DNA of 64,000 bases from a bacterium (GTDB lineage Bacteria > Acidobacteriota > Blastocatellia > HR10): assembly GCA_041640655.1 (NCBI GenBank), contig JBEPZV010000001.1, positions 64,001-128,000 of the forward strand, given 5' to 3'. Both the position numbers and the translations under genes were made by a program. This document shows, in pieces, positions 41,136 through 50,763 of the stretch. The first letter of the stretch is position 1, and each line of letters opens with the position of its first letter. The notes under the pieces are model-generated. The model made no database searches. It saw only the letters and a program-made list of their open reading frames with translations, and was not told where the DNA came from.

Positions 41136-43223
41136 CTACGAACTCTCTTGCGCGTGGCCCTCTGGCCAAATCAGGATATTCAGATATTCGTCAACCTCTC
41201 CATAATGCCCGGGAAGGATCACCACCGTTGAATCTATTTGCGTGATTACTGCGGGACCGTGGATCACATTCCCGGGACGAAGCCGACTCCGATCGTAGAT
41301 CGCCGTGTCCAGGAAACCGCCTTGAAAGTAGATCTGATGATGATCCACCATCGCGTGCCGACTGTCGCTCCCCTCCCGCTCAAACCGAGGCAACTCGAGC
41401 TTCCGCACCATACCGACGCCGATGGCACGCACATTCACGACCTCAATCATCGAGTCGATGTTAAAGCCGTAGTTCTGCTGATGTACCCGCTTGAAGTCCG
41501 CCACGAGCTGCTCGAATCCGATAGCGTCAAGATCCACAACGCTGACAGGGATCGGGAACTCATAGCCTTGACGGTAGTAACGAACATCAACCTCATACTC
41601 GATATGCTGTCGTTCCGGAGGGATGCCCTCTCTCTGCAACCATTGGCGCGCTTCCTCGGCCAGTTTGAGCAGCAGGGTCTTGATCTCTGTGGGGGACGTT
41701 TGATCCAACGTCCGAATATATGTACGCGCGAATTCATTCTTGATGTCAGAATGTAAAAATCCAAGTGCTGAGAACACTCCGGGCATGAGCGGGACGATCA
41801 CCGGCCATGAGCCCGTCAGCCGCGCTAGCGCATTCGCATGCAGAGGGCCAGCCCCTCCAAAAGCCACTAAACAAAAATCACGGGGATCAAGTCCGCGTTG
41901 CACAGTGACCAATCGGATCGCCCCGAACATATTTTCATTGACAATATCGAGGATCCCCTGTGCAGCTCCGTAGAGATCTAACCCCAGTGCATCAGCGATC
42001 TTTTGCACGGCCCGACGCGCGGCTTCCACATCCAGCATCATCTCACCACCCAGCAGCTTCGGGGGGAGATGTCCGAGGATCACATTGGCGTCGGTCACCG
42101 TAGGTTCTTCCCCCCCTAAACTATAACAAGCCGGCCCTGGTTCTGCTCCCGCCGACTGTGGGCCAACCCGCAACGCCCCTGTAATCGGCACGTGCGCGAT
42201 CGAGCCCCCCCCCGCTCCAATCGATCGCACATCCACCGAGCGAACCTTCACCGGATAGTATCCAAGGCGTGTCTCCCGAGCCAGATAAGGACGCCCCCCA
42301 AAACTCACCGCCACATCCGTTGAAGTCCCTCCCATATCGAAGGAAATAACATTAGCGTATCCACAAAGCTGTCCAACATAACTGGCAGCGATAACTCCTC
42401 CCGATGGTCCCGACATCAAGGTATTCACCGGCTTATCGCTCGCCGCTTCCAAGCTCATCACTCCTCCATCAGAACGAAGGATGTTCACAACCGGTGCCAG
42501 CCCCTCCGCTTCCAACTTCTCCCGAATCCCACGCAAATATCCACTCATCCGCGGCCGCACGTAGGCGTTCATCACCGCCGTCAGCGTACGCTCATACTCC
42601 CGGAACTCCGGCAGGATGTCGCTGGAGATCGTCACTGATAAATCCCCACTCTCCCGCTCGATGATCCGTTTCACCTCCTGCTCGTGCATCGGATTCACAT
42701 ACGAATGCAGCAATGAGACCGCCAACGCTTCGACCTTCCTCCCATATAACCGTTGTGCCCAATTCTGGATCTCCAATAACGCTGCACGCACCTCGCCAAC
42801 ATCTAACGGGACCAACTCCTCGCCACGTGCGTTGATGCGTGCCGAAATCCCTCGCGTCAACTCCAACGGTGCCATCGGATCTGGCTTAATCATGATGATC
42901 CAGCCGGCCAATGGTCCCGGCGTCTGTCCACGCGCGACATGCAGAATCTGCTCGAACCCCTTATTTGTGATCAATCCCACGAGCGCCCCCTTCCCCTCTA
43001 ACACCGTGTTTGTAGCCACCGTCGTCCCATGCAAGATCAATTGGATATCCCGCGGTGAGATCCCCGCTATCTCGGCAATCTTTCGAATCCCATTGAGTAC
43101 GCCGATGGAAGGATCCGATGGTGTGGAGGGGACCTTGGTCAGGAACAGCCTCCCCGTCTCCTCATTGAAAAGCACGAGGTCCGTGAATGTTCCTCCAACG
43201 TCAATCCCCAAGCGATAGTTCAT
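41136..43223 (-). CDS. Hydantoinase A/oxoprolinase subunit
   Basis: GIDVGGTFTD, HGTTVATN, SGPSGG, DMGGTSTD. Confidence 0.93.
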   Translation of the reverse strand: MNYRLGIDVGGTFTDLVLFNEETGRLFLTKVPSTPSDPSIGVLNGIRKIAEIAGISPRDIQLILHGTTVATNTVLEGKGALVGLITNKGFEQILHVARGQTPGPLAGWIIMIKPDPMAPLELTRGISARINARGEELVPLDVGEVRAALLEIQNWAQRLYGRKVEALAVSLLHSYVNPMHEQEVKRIIERESGDLSVTISSDILPEFREYERTLTAVMNAYVRPRMSGYLRGIREKLEAEGLAPVVNILRSDGGVMSLEAASDKPVNTLMSGPSGGVIAASYVGQLCGYANVISFDMGGTSTDVAVSFGGRPYLARETRLGYYPVKVRSVDVRSIGAGGGSIAHVPITGALRVGPQSAGAEPGPACYSLGGEEPTVTDANVILGHLPPKLLGGEMMLDVEAARRAVQKIADALGLDLYGAAQGILDIVNENMFGAIRLVTVQRGLDPRDFCLVAFGGAGPLHANALARLTGSWPVIVPLMPGVFSALGFLHSDIKNEFARTYIRTLDQTSPTEIKTLLLKLAEEARQWLQREGIPPERQHIEYEVDVRYYRQGYEFPIPVSVVDLDAIGFEQLVADFKRVHQQNYGFNIDSMIEVVNVRAIGVGMVRKLELPRFEREGSDSRHAMVDHHQIYFQGGFLDTAIYDRSRLRPGNVIHGPAVITQIDSTVVILPGHYGEVDEYLNILIWPEGHAQESS

Positions 43224-43232
43224 AGACCATCC

Positions 43233-46200
43233 TCAGAAGACTAACTTCAAGCCAAACTGAATCTGCCGCGAGTTTTTCGCGCTTGTGATTGTCCCAAAGT
43301 TGGGATTCACGTTGCGCCCATCCGGGCCGGGAACGAACACGCGATCAGGAAGATTGAAGTTCGGGCGATTGAAGAGATTGAAGAATTCAGCGCGGAACTG
43401 CAAATTGATCTCCTCGGAGACTTTCGTCGTTTTCTGCAGGATTGCATCAACTTGCGCAAATCCCGGCCCATCTATAATGTTCCGTCCGGCTGTCCCTGGC
43501 AGAGCCTCGAACCCAGCCGGCGTCAAAAAGCCCAGCGGCGCCGTAAATACCGAGGTGTCGAACCAACGATGGGGACGCCGTTGATCAGAAGGCAGATTCG
43601 GATTCCCCCTCACATCCGGCCGCGGGAAGCGAAAGCCCGGCGGACTCCCTGTCGGATGCTGCGGTGTCAACGGTTGCCCCGAATGCAATGTGACGATCCC
43701 TCCAATCTGCCACCCCTCGCTCACCTTACCCCACGCCCCCCTCACCGAACGCCCAAACGGTAGCTCGTAGAGGAAACTCCCCACGAACCGATGGCGAACA
43801 TCAAAGTTCGCCCGCCCACGCTCGCAACGCAAACACCGTGGATCCTGCTCCCGTGTCGGCGCCCCTCCTTCCTCACGCGCCGAAGAGACCGTGTCGATCG
43901 CCTTTGCCAACGTATAGGAGGCAACAAACGAAAGGCCTCGCGAAAGCCGCCGCTCCAATCGAATGTACCCACTATGATAGGTGCTGGTAGCCCCACTGGC
44001 CTCCATAATGTAGAAGCTGAAATTCGGTACTGGCCGAGCCCCCGTCCTGAAATCCTCTGGATTCCCCGTGGTTAAACGATTCAAGTTGATACCCGTCGAC
44101 CCGACATAGGCGACCTCCACCATCGTATTCGCCGTCAACTGTTGCTGCACGTTCAGCGTATAGCTCTGGACATACCCGATAGGGAGATCAACCTGAGGGC
44201 TAATGCCACTGATCGGGATATTATGAGGATCAGAGAGCGGCCCATATGCGTCCGCATATCGGAGCGGCGGAAGTGGGGCTCCAAACCGAGCGAAGTCAAC
44301 GAGCACGAGCTGTGCCGTGAACGGCAACAAATTGCGCGAATCCGAAGAAGCCGACCAGTCACGCAGAGCGTTGTAAATCCCATATCCGGCCCGCACCACA
44401 GTTCGACCCGTTCCGAAGATGTCCCAGACGAGACCGAACCGTGGAGCCAGATTGCGAAAGTCAGTCTTTGTAACCGAACGCCCGAGCCCGCGCGACTTCG
44501 AAGTCACGAAACGAACCGGCGGTAATCCAAGATTCCGCAGGAGCGTATTATACTCAGTCACCAAACGGCCGTTGACCTCCGGTGGAAGCCGATCACCTGC
44601 AATGATGATCTCTCCCGTGAATTGGTCGAACACGGCGAGTCGATTGTTCACCTCATAGATCGGTGGAAAGACCTCATAGCGCAATCCGTAGTTCAATGTC
44701 ACACGAGGAGTCACACGATACTCATCGTGAAAAAAGACTCCGAATAGATTGGTGCGAAAGTTACCCGTCGTATCTCCTTGCAGCTTGACGATGCTCGCTG
44801 GACGATCCAATAGAAAGTCCGCCCGGGGATCACCAGTCACCAATACCGGAGATGCGAACGAGACGAATCCCCGAGTGAAGAAATTCGAGAGCGTATCAAA
44901 ACGCACGTGGTGATAGTCGCCACCGAACTTCAACACGTGTCGTCCCCTCGTCCAAACCAGGTTATTCCGGATGACATATTCGTTGTTCTTGCGAAAGAGC
45001 GGATTGAAGACATCCGAGTCTCCGAATTGCGAAAGCCCGGGCACCGTGTAGGCCGGGAACCCACGATCGCGTCGAGCGATTTCCTGATTCACCCCATTAA
45101 GCCGAGCGAAGTTGACGTCCTGATTGGCCGCCAGACGCTTTCCATCATAAAAGCTCCAGCCTATGCGAAGCTCGTTGATCACATTGTCCCTCAGAGTTGA
45201 AGTCAACCCAATGGCCAGATTCTGCGTGTCGTCTTCGATCGGCGTTGGAAACCCAGGCGGAGGCGGCGGATCAAAAGTCAGGATATTGTCCCCGAACGGT
45301 AAACTCTGATCACCCCGAGCCAAAATATAACGGGCAAAAAATTGCTGGCGAGGGCTGAATTGGTGATCGAAGCGCGCCACCACTTGATCCCGATCCTCAA
45401 TCCGTTTGGCGACCGAGACGTGATTGAGCCCGCGCTCGCTCGGCCTCAGGTTCGGCACAGGGAAGAACCGGTCAATGATCGCTCGAGCGATGGGACCAAT
45501 AGGCACCTGGTAGAAGGTCTTCCCCCCAATGGTAACAGTCGGAAATGGTCGCCCCGTCTCTGGATTGATGACCGGATTCTCGAAGAGCCCCTTCCGCTCG
45601 TTCTCCGTGAGAAGAGCCGAGAGAACCGTCTCCTCCTTCCGGATGCGCAGCCCCTCATAGGTGAAGAAAAAGAAGGTACGATCCTTCACAATCGGGCCAC
45701 CGAAACTCCCCCCCAAATTGTTCTGTCGGAAGGCCGGGATAGGGCGATCCGGGAGGTCAAAGAAGTTCTTCGCATCGAACTTATCGTTCCGCACGAACTC
45801 AAAGAGCGAACCATGAAAATTATTCGCGCCCGACCTCGTGAGGATGTAGACCTGTCCCCCACCGAACATCCCCGCCTCCGTCGAATATGAAGCTTGTAGG
45901 ACACGGAACTCTTGAATCGCCTCAATAGATGGCGTGACCGTGGGGACATTGAAGTAATGATCAATCGCCGGAATTCCATCAATAAGGTAATTATTCTGAT
46001 CATTGCGAGCGCCACTAGCAATGAACCCCACATTCCCTGTACTCGCTGTGTCGAAGCCACCGTTCCCCCCCTGCTCCTGCGGAGCGACATTCGGAGAGAG
46101 CAAGGCCAATTGTATGAAGTTGCGGCCATTAAGCGGAAGATCAACGACCCTCCGGTTCTCGATGATCTCTCCAATGGTCGTCGTCGTCGTATCCGTCAAC

Positions 46201-46595
46201 GGCGGTGCGGCCGTTACAGTGACAACCTCGGTCACTGTCCCCACACGCAATTCTATATCCAGCCGGAGAGTTTGATCGATCCGCAACATGATATCTCGGC
46301 GCACTTCCCTCTGAAATCCTGGAGCTTCAATGATGATCTCATAGGAGCCGACGGGCAAGAATTGAAGCGCGTAAAACCCACGCTCATTTGTCAACACCGA
46401 GCGCTCCAGGTTCGTCTCTGTATTCCGTGCCGTCACCTTAGCTCCTGCAACGGCCGCTCCCTGCTGATCGGTCACTAAGCCTTCAATATTCGCCGTCGTC
46501 CTCTGCCCGAGGGCACCGCTATCAAGTAATACAAGCGCCCCCAAAATAAAGAGAACCCAGGACTGCCTCAGCTTAGCGAATCGCCCCGCCATCAC
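43233..46595 (-). CDS. Oar-like TonB-dependent receptor
   Basis: Signal, GLVTDQQGA, LPLNGRN, TRSGANNFHGS, RQIQFGLKLVF. Confidence 0.93.
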   Translation of the reverse strand: MMAGRFAKLRQSWVLFILGALVLLDSGALGQRTTANIEGLVTDQQGAAVAGAKVTARNTETNLERSVLTNERGFYALQFLPVGSYEIIIEAPGFQREVRRDIMLRIDQTLRLDIELRVGTVTEVVTVTAAPPLTDTTTTTIGEIIENRRVVDLPLNGRNFIQLALLSPNVAPQEQGGNGGFDTASTGNVGFIASGARNDQNNYLIDGIPAIDHYFNVPTVTPSIEAIQEFRVLQASYSTEAGMFGGGQVYILTRSGANNFHGSLFEFVRNDKFDAKNFFDLPDRPIPAFRQNNLGGSFGGPIVKDRTFFFFTYEGLRIRKEETVLSALLTENERKGLFENPVINPETGRPFPTVTIGGKTFYQVPIGPIARAIIDRFFPVPNLRPSERGLNHVSVAKRIEDRDQVVARFDHQFSPRQQFFARYILARGDQSLPFGDNILTFDPPPPPGFPTPIEDDTQNLAIGLTSTLRDNVINELRIGWSFYDGKRLAANQDVNFARLNGVNQEIARRDRGFPAYTVPGLSQFGDSDVFNPLFRKNNEYVIRNNLVWTRGRHVLKFGGDYHHVRFDTLSNFFTRGFVSFASPVLVTGDPRADFLLDRPASIVKLQGDTTGNFRTNLFGVFFHDEYRVTPRVTLNYGLRYEVFPPIYEVNNRLAVFDQFTGEIIIAGDRLPPEVNGRLVTEYNTLLRNLGLPPVRFVTSKSRGLGRSVTKTDFRNLAPRFGLVWDIFGTGRTVVRAGYGIYNALRDWSASSDSRNLLPFTAQLVLVDFARFGAPLPPLRYADAYGPLSDPHNIPISGISPQVDLPIGYVQSYTLNVQQQLTANTMVEVAYVGSTGINLNRLTTGNPEDFRTGARPVPNFSFYIMEASGATSTYHSGYIRLERRLSRGLSFVASYTLAKAIDTVSSAREEGGAPTREQDPRCLRCERGRANFDVRHRFVGSFLYELPFGRSVRGAWGKVSEGWQIGGIVTLHSGQPLTPQHPTGSPPGFRFPRPDVRGNPNLPSDQRRPHRWFDTSVFTAPLGFLTPAGFEALPGTAGRNIIDGPGFAQVDAILQKTTKVSEEINLQFRAEFFNLFNRPNFNLPDRVFVPGPDGRNVNPNFGTITSAKNSRQIQFGLKLVF

Positions 46596-46651
46596 AGTGA
46601 CCTCCCTATTTATTTTTCAAAACAACTGTCTTGTTTTTAAAACAGCTCTTC

Positions 46652-46709
46652 TATATAGCACGGGGTCCCTGTTTTGTCAATAGCTATAATTTCATTATAG
46701 TATTGTCAA
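46652..46709 (-). promoter_or_regulatory. sigma70 promoter with upstream palindromic operator
   Basis: TTGACA-N17-TATATA (46680-46652); palindrome CTATAAT-N3-ATTATAG at 46684-46700. Confidence 0.65.
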
Positions 46710-47859
46710 TTCCACCTGATCCAGACAGCCATCCAAAGACAAAGATATGGAGGCTCAGGGGGGGGAGAATCATACAGCGCACCTCTTCGATGCTACAAGG
46801 CTGGCAGAGGCAGTGGGAGCCGGGGGAGGCCGGAGATGGGCGGTGAAGCTCGGGGATGGCGCCATGGTAGATGAGTCGCAGCCAGAGGCTCCCCCGGAGG
46901 CGGGTGCAGAGATAGTCTTCGAGCATGCGCAGAGCGAGGCCGACGGCGGCCTGGTTCAGGGAGCGAAGGCTTCCCCGCCGTTCGCTCTGCCAACGGCGAT
47001 GCCGCCGATGGGCGTGCTCCCGCAGGGCACCTTCCCGGACGACGGCCACATGCTGCTCTTGCGCCAGACTGCCCAAGCAGAGCAGGCAGTGCTCCCCGGG
47101 TACGATCCAGCGCAGATCGGCGCCGAGAAGCAGGTCGTCACCTTCGGCGGGCAACACGCCCGTGCCCACATCCAGAAGCGGCTTCAGATACAGGGCGGCG
47201 AGCACGCCGCAGGCCCAGCGGGCGCCGTCGTGATCCACGGCGCAGAGGAGCACATCGGCGGCTTTGAGGGCGGAGAGGGCCGCCACTTCGGTCACCGAGC
47301 CGACGAGCGCGTGGATGTCCGCCCTCGGATTGAGGGTGTGCAGGCTCTCGGCCAGAGCCTGAGCCTTTGGCCGTCCCACATGCTCGGGCCGGAAGCCGTC
47401 GCCATCCAGGTTGTGCTCCTCCACATGGTCGGGATCCACGAGGGTGAGGCGTCGGACGCCGCTGCGCACGAGGGTATTGGCCAGAAGCGAACCGGTGCGG
47501 CCGCAGCCGATCAGGGCGTAGTGGAGCGCGCACAGGCGCTGCCAGCCGTATTCGCCCAGGGCGCCGGCGATGCGGGAGTGGCGTTCACCGGGTTCGGGAA
47601 AGGTTTCGGGCGCGAGGTCGTGGTCTGTGATCTCCGGCAGGCCCGGGGCGATGAGGCGCAGGGTCACCGGTTCTCGCCGGCCGTCGGGGCGCAGGAGATG
47701 GGCTGCGGGGAAGCCCGCTCGCGGCACGTGAGCGATGATGATCGGGGCCGCCCGCAGGCCATGCAAGACGGGCAGCGGCATCAACAGAACGCCCGTTTCC
47801 CTGCCCTGCTCCCTCCCGCACCTGATTCTTCCGCTCGCGTCCAGAGCGACGCCAACCAT
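46684..47859 (-). pseudogene. ThiF/MoeB (E1-like) adenylyltransferase, probably truncated
   Basis: IGCGRTGS, LVDPDHVE..NL, GRPKA, CAVDH.GAR, CLLC; ORF tail runs into the AT-rich TBDR promoter. Confidence 0.7.
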
Positions 47860-47981
47860 GTGCGAAGCAAGAGATTGAGGTGCTGGAAGACACCGGCGAG
47901 GTCAAAGGACTGCGATACCGAGTGCATGCGGATATCGGCCGGTGACCTCCGATGACTCAAGAGAGTGAAGAATTCTTCGCA

Positions 47982-48031
47982 TTGACTGAAACACGAAATC
48001 ACATATAATAACGCATCGAAACGTTTTTCGA
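47982..48031 (+). promoter_or_regulatory. sigma70 promoter and operator of the HTH-parA-rep operon
   Basis: TTGACT-N16-TATAAT; palindrome TCGAAA-CGTT-TTTCGA at 48016-48031. Confidence 0.65.
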
Positions 48032-48044
48032 GGGAGTTCTGACG

Positions 48045-48287
48045 ATGGTGGCAAAAGTCGAGGTTCTTCCCATCGGCGAGGCGGCCGAGTACTTGGGCGT
48101 CTCGCGGCGCAAGATCTGGCAGTTGGTGAAACGAGGGGAGCTCCCCAGCCGACCCGATCCCCTCGATCGGAGGCGGAAGCTCGTGCGGGTGGAGGACTTA
48201 GACAAACTCCGGGAGGGATCCTATGTTCGCTACGATCGGCATCGCCAATCAGAAAGGAGGCGTCGGCAAGACAACAACGGCCGTTAA
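48045..48287 (+). CDS. Excisionase-like HTH_17 DNA-binding protein
   Basis: IGEAAEYLGVSRRKIWQLVKRGELP; overlaps parA. Confidence 0.8.
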   Translation: MVAKVEVLPIGEAAEYLGVSRRKIWQLVKRGELPSRPDPLDRRRKLVRVEDLDKLREGSYVRYDRHRQSERRRRQDNNGR

Positions 48288-49017
48288 TCTCTCGGCCTGT
48301 CTGGCCCGAATGGGACGACGGGTGCTGCTGGTGGACCTGGATGCGCAGGCGAATGCGACAAACCATGTGGGCGTGGATCCCCCGCAGGACGAGATGCTGA
48401 GCTCATACGCCCTGCTGGTGGATAAGTCGCCCAATGTGCGAGCGATTCTCACCTCCGTCTCTCCCAACCTCCAGCTCGTCCCAGGACATATCGCCCTGGC
48501 CGAAGTGGATATCAAACTCTTCTCGACGATCAACCGGGAGACGCGGCTGCAACGGGCGCTGGCGCGGCTTCGGGAGGATTTCGATTACATCGTGCTCGAT
48601 TGTCCGCCATCGCTGGGCATCGCCACGATCAACGCCTTTTGCGCGGCGACGCACCTGATCATCTGCATCCAGACGAACTGGTTCGCCTACGAGGCATTGA
48701 AACGGTTGATGTCCATTGTCGAAGACGTCATGGAGGAGACCAACCCCAATCTGGTGGTCTATGCGCTGGCGACCCTGCATCGGCCGAACGTGAACATCCA
48801 TCGAGATGTGCTCGTGAAGATCCAGGAGACCTTCGAGCACTTCGCCCTCTCGTCGGTCATCCGACACACGGCCACATTGGCCGAGGCTTCGGCGGCTCGA
48901 CAGACGATCGTCGAGTATGCGCATGGGAGTCGGGGTCACATGGACTATCAAAATCTCGCCGAGGAGATCATCAACCGTGTCGAACGAAAAGCTCTCAAGA
49001 TCGCGCAAGCACTATGA
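48223..49017 (+). CDS. parA: ParA/Soj family ATPase
   Basis: NQKGGVGKTTT, VDLDAQAN, DCPPSLG. Confidence 0.93.
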   Translation: MFATIGIANQKGGVGKTTTAVNLSACLARMGRRVLLVDLDAQANATNHVGVDPPQDEMLSSYALLVDKSPNVRAILTSVSPNLQLVPGHIALAEVDIKLFSTINRETRLQRALARLREDFDYIVLDCPPSLGIATINAFCAATHLIICIQTNWFAYEALKRLMSIVEDVMEETNPNLVVYALATLHRPNVNIHRDVLVKIQETFEHFALSSVIRHTATLAEASAARQTIVEYAHGSRGHMDYQNLAEEIINRVERKALKIAQAL

Positions 49018-50236
49018 GATCCCGGATCTGCGGATCTCAGACGAGGAGTCGGCAGCCATCAAGCAGATCATGCGGCGGTTGAGGGGGAAGCCCGAGGACG
49101 TCTCGAGTCCTCCAGTGGGGACTCCCCCTGAGGCCTCCCTCCCACCCCAGGAACCGCAGCCCGAAGGTGGCTCAAAACGAGCCAGCTCAAAAAGAGCCAG
49201 CTCAATGAGCCAGCTCAAAACAAGCCAGCTCAAAAAGAGCCAGCTCAATTTGAGCCAGCTCGAATTGAGCCAGCTCACAGAGAGCCAGCTCTCGATGAGC
49301 CAGCTTGACGAAAATATTGCTTTGAATTGGCGAACGATCGAGCACACGCGGATCCCGCAAGTGGTCTTCGACGAGATCCTGCCCACACTGCCGGTGGCCG
49401 CACAAGGGATCTATCTGCAGCTTCTGCGGCTGACACTGGGGTTTCATCGGCCGGTGTGTCATATCAGCCTGGAAGCCCTTAAGTCTCGATGTAATCAGAG
49501 CTTAGCTAGCGTGAAGCGCCACCTGGAGCTTTTGATCCGGCGTGGCCTAGTCCGTAAAGTGGGCGTGAGATTCGGCGGATCCGACCGCGGGAGTTATCTC
49601 ATGCCGGTCATCCCCGGAGTGTTCAATGAGGAACCAAAGCCTGAAACAAGCCAGCTCAATATGAGCCAGCTCAATACGAGCCAGCTCATAGAGAGCCAGC
49701 TCTCGATGAGCCAGCTCACAGAGAGCCAGGTCAATTCGAGCCAGCTCTCCATGAGCCAGCTCAATATGAGCCACAAGAAATATGATGATGATGATCTTGA
49801 AATAAAAAGTCATCATCAGACTGAAAAGGCGGACGACGATGACTCGCCTCATTTGAAGAAGGTCAAGGAGATCTACGCTCGGTTGACGGGGAACACGTGG
49901 ACGGTTTCGGATACGCGGGCCTACCGGGAACACGGCATCCAGCAGTACCGACTGGAGCACGTGGAGGCGATCATGGAGGCCGTGGCCGAACGAGCGCCCG
50001 AACGCATCAACAGCTTCAACTACTTCGTGCGGGAGATCGTCACCGCCGCCCGCCCCGAGAGCCGAGGCGCCCGCCGCCGCCGCCTGGAGCAGATCGTCCG
50101 ACGCCTTCAGCAGCTGCACGTGGGAGCCGCCCAGTACGGCATCGCCGACCTGGCCGAGGACGTCAAACGCGCCTGCGCCCGCGAGGGCATCCCCTTCGAC
50201 CCCGACCTCTTCAACGAAATCATCGGTTTGGGATAG
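48977..50236 (+). CDS. Putative replication initiator or centromere-binding wHTH protein with SQLxx repeats
   Basis: GTG start after GAGGAG; central IYLQLLRLTLGF..CHISLEALKSRCNQSLASVKRHLELLIRRGLV wHTH-like region; helical C-terminus (INSFNYF). Confidence 0.65.
   Translation: MSNEKLSRSRKHYEIPDLRISDEESAAIKQIMRRLRGKPEDVSSPPVGTPPEASLPPQEPQPEGGSKRASSKRASSMSQLKTSQLKKSQLNLSQLELSQLTESQLSMSQLDENIALNWRTIEHTRIPQVVFDEILPTLPVAAQGIYLQLLRLTLGFHRPVCHISLEALKSRCNQSLASVKRHLELLIRRGLVRKVGVRFGGSDRGSYLMPVIPGVFNEEPKPETSQLNMSQLNTSQLIESQLSMSQLTESQVNSSQLSMSQLNMSHKKYDDDDLEIKSHHQTEKADDDDSPHLKKVKEIYARLTGNTWTVSDTRAYREHGIQQYRLEHVEAIMEAVAERAPERINSFNYFVREIVTAARPESRGARRRRLEQIVRRLQQLHVGAAQYGIADLAEDVKRACAREGIPFDPDLFNEIIGLG
49179..49306 (+). 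repeat. Array 1: nine copies of RAGCCAGCTY, period 15 bp (one 13 bp)
   Basis: Cores start at 49179, 49194, 49207, 49222, 49237, 49252, 49267, 49282, 49297. Confidence 0.95.
49648..49773 (+). repeat. Array 2: eight copies plus one partial of RAGCCAGSTC, period 15 bp
   Basis: Cores start at 49648, 49663, 49678, 49693, 49708, 49723, 49738, 49753 and (partial) 49768. Confidence 0.95.
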
Positions 50237-50403
50237 GGAAGGGAAGCCTGCCGCCTGAAATCGGCCCCTTGCGGCAGACGCTATGCCATCGCCGGACGCT
50301 TCAGGGAGAGGTCAGGACGGGTCAATGATGATGGCTCGGCAATTTCGGGATCATATCGGGCGTCGCAGCGGCACGGCCCGACCCCTCGTGGGCATCGTCC
50401 GGG

Positions 50404-50429
50404 TCGTCATCGAGAACCGGCGGGAGGGA
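50404..50429 (+). repeat. 26-bp direct repeat, copy 1
   Basis: TCGTCATCGAGAACCGGCGGGAGGGA, identical at 56907-56932. Confidence 0.9.
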
Positions 50430-50653
50430 TACGGAAACGATGCCCGAATGGGAATGGCTCGCCCAACAGATTGAAGGGCAATTCCTGAAGCGCAAAAGCT
50501 GCTCTGAGCGACGCCCGAGTGCCCTACAACTGCGTTCCATCCAGGATGCAGTCTGGGATGTGAACTTGTCAACCGCTCTTGCGGTTTTATCAATCCGTCT
50601 CAGCAAATTTGCTTCGATACGAGAGCGTTTGATATTGTCAAAGGAGGATCGCC

Positions 50654-50695
50654 ATGTCCAAGTACTTCCTGATTGAAACTGCGCTACCTCTCAGG
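50654..50695 (+). pseudogene. DUF1156-like methyltransferase 5' stub 1
   Basis: AAGGAGG RBS + MSKYFLIETALPLR. Confidence 0.55.
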
Positions 50696-50763
50696 GATCC
50701 CCTTTCCCTTCAGCAGACAACCAACTCGTCCAGCATGTCAATGACGACATTTGAGGTTCCGTC

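Noticed and set aside
49179..49773. GAGCCAGCTC arrays as a CRISPR array
   Set aside because: The 10-bp repeats and 3-5-bp spacers are far too short, they lie inside an ORF, and no cas genes are present
46700..50400. Prophage or ICE with att sites
   Set aside because: No integrase, tRNA target, structural or conjugation genes were seen; the HTH_17 gene alone is insufficient
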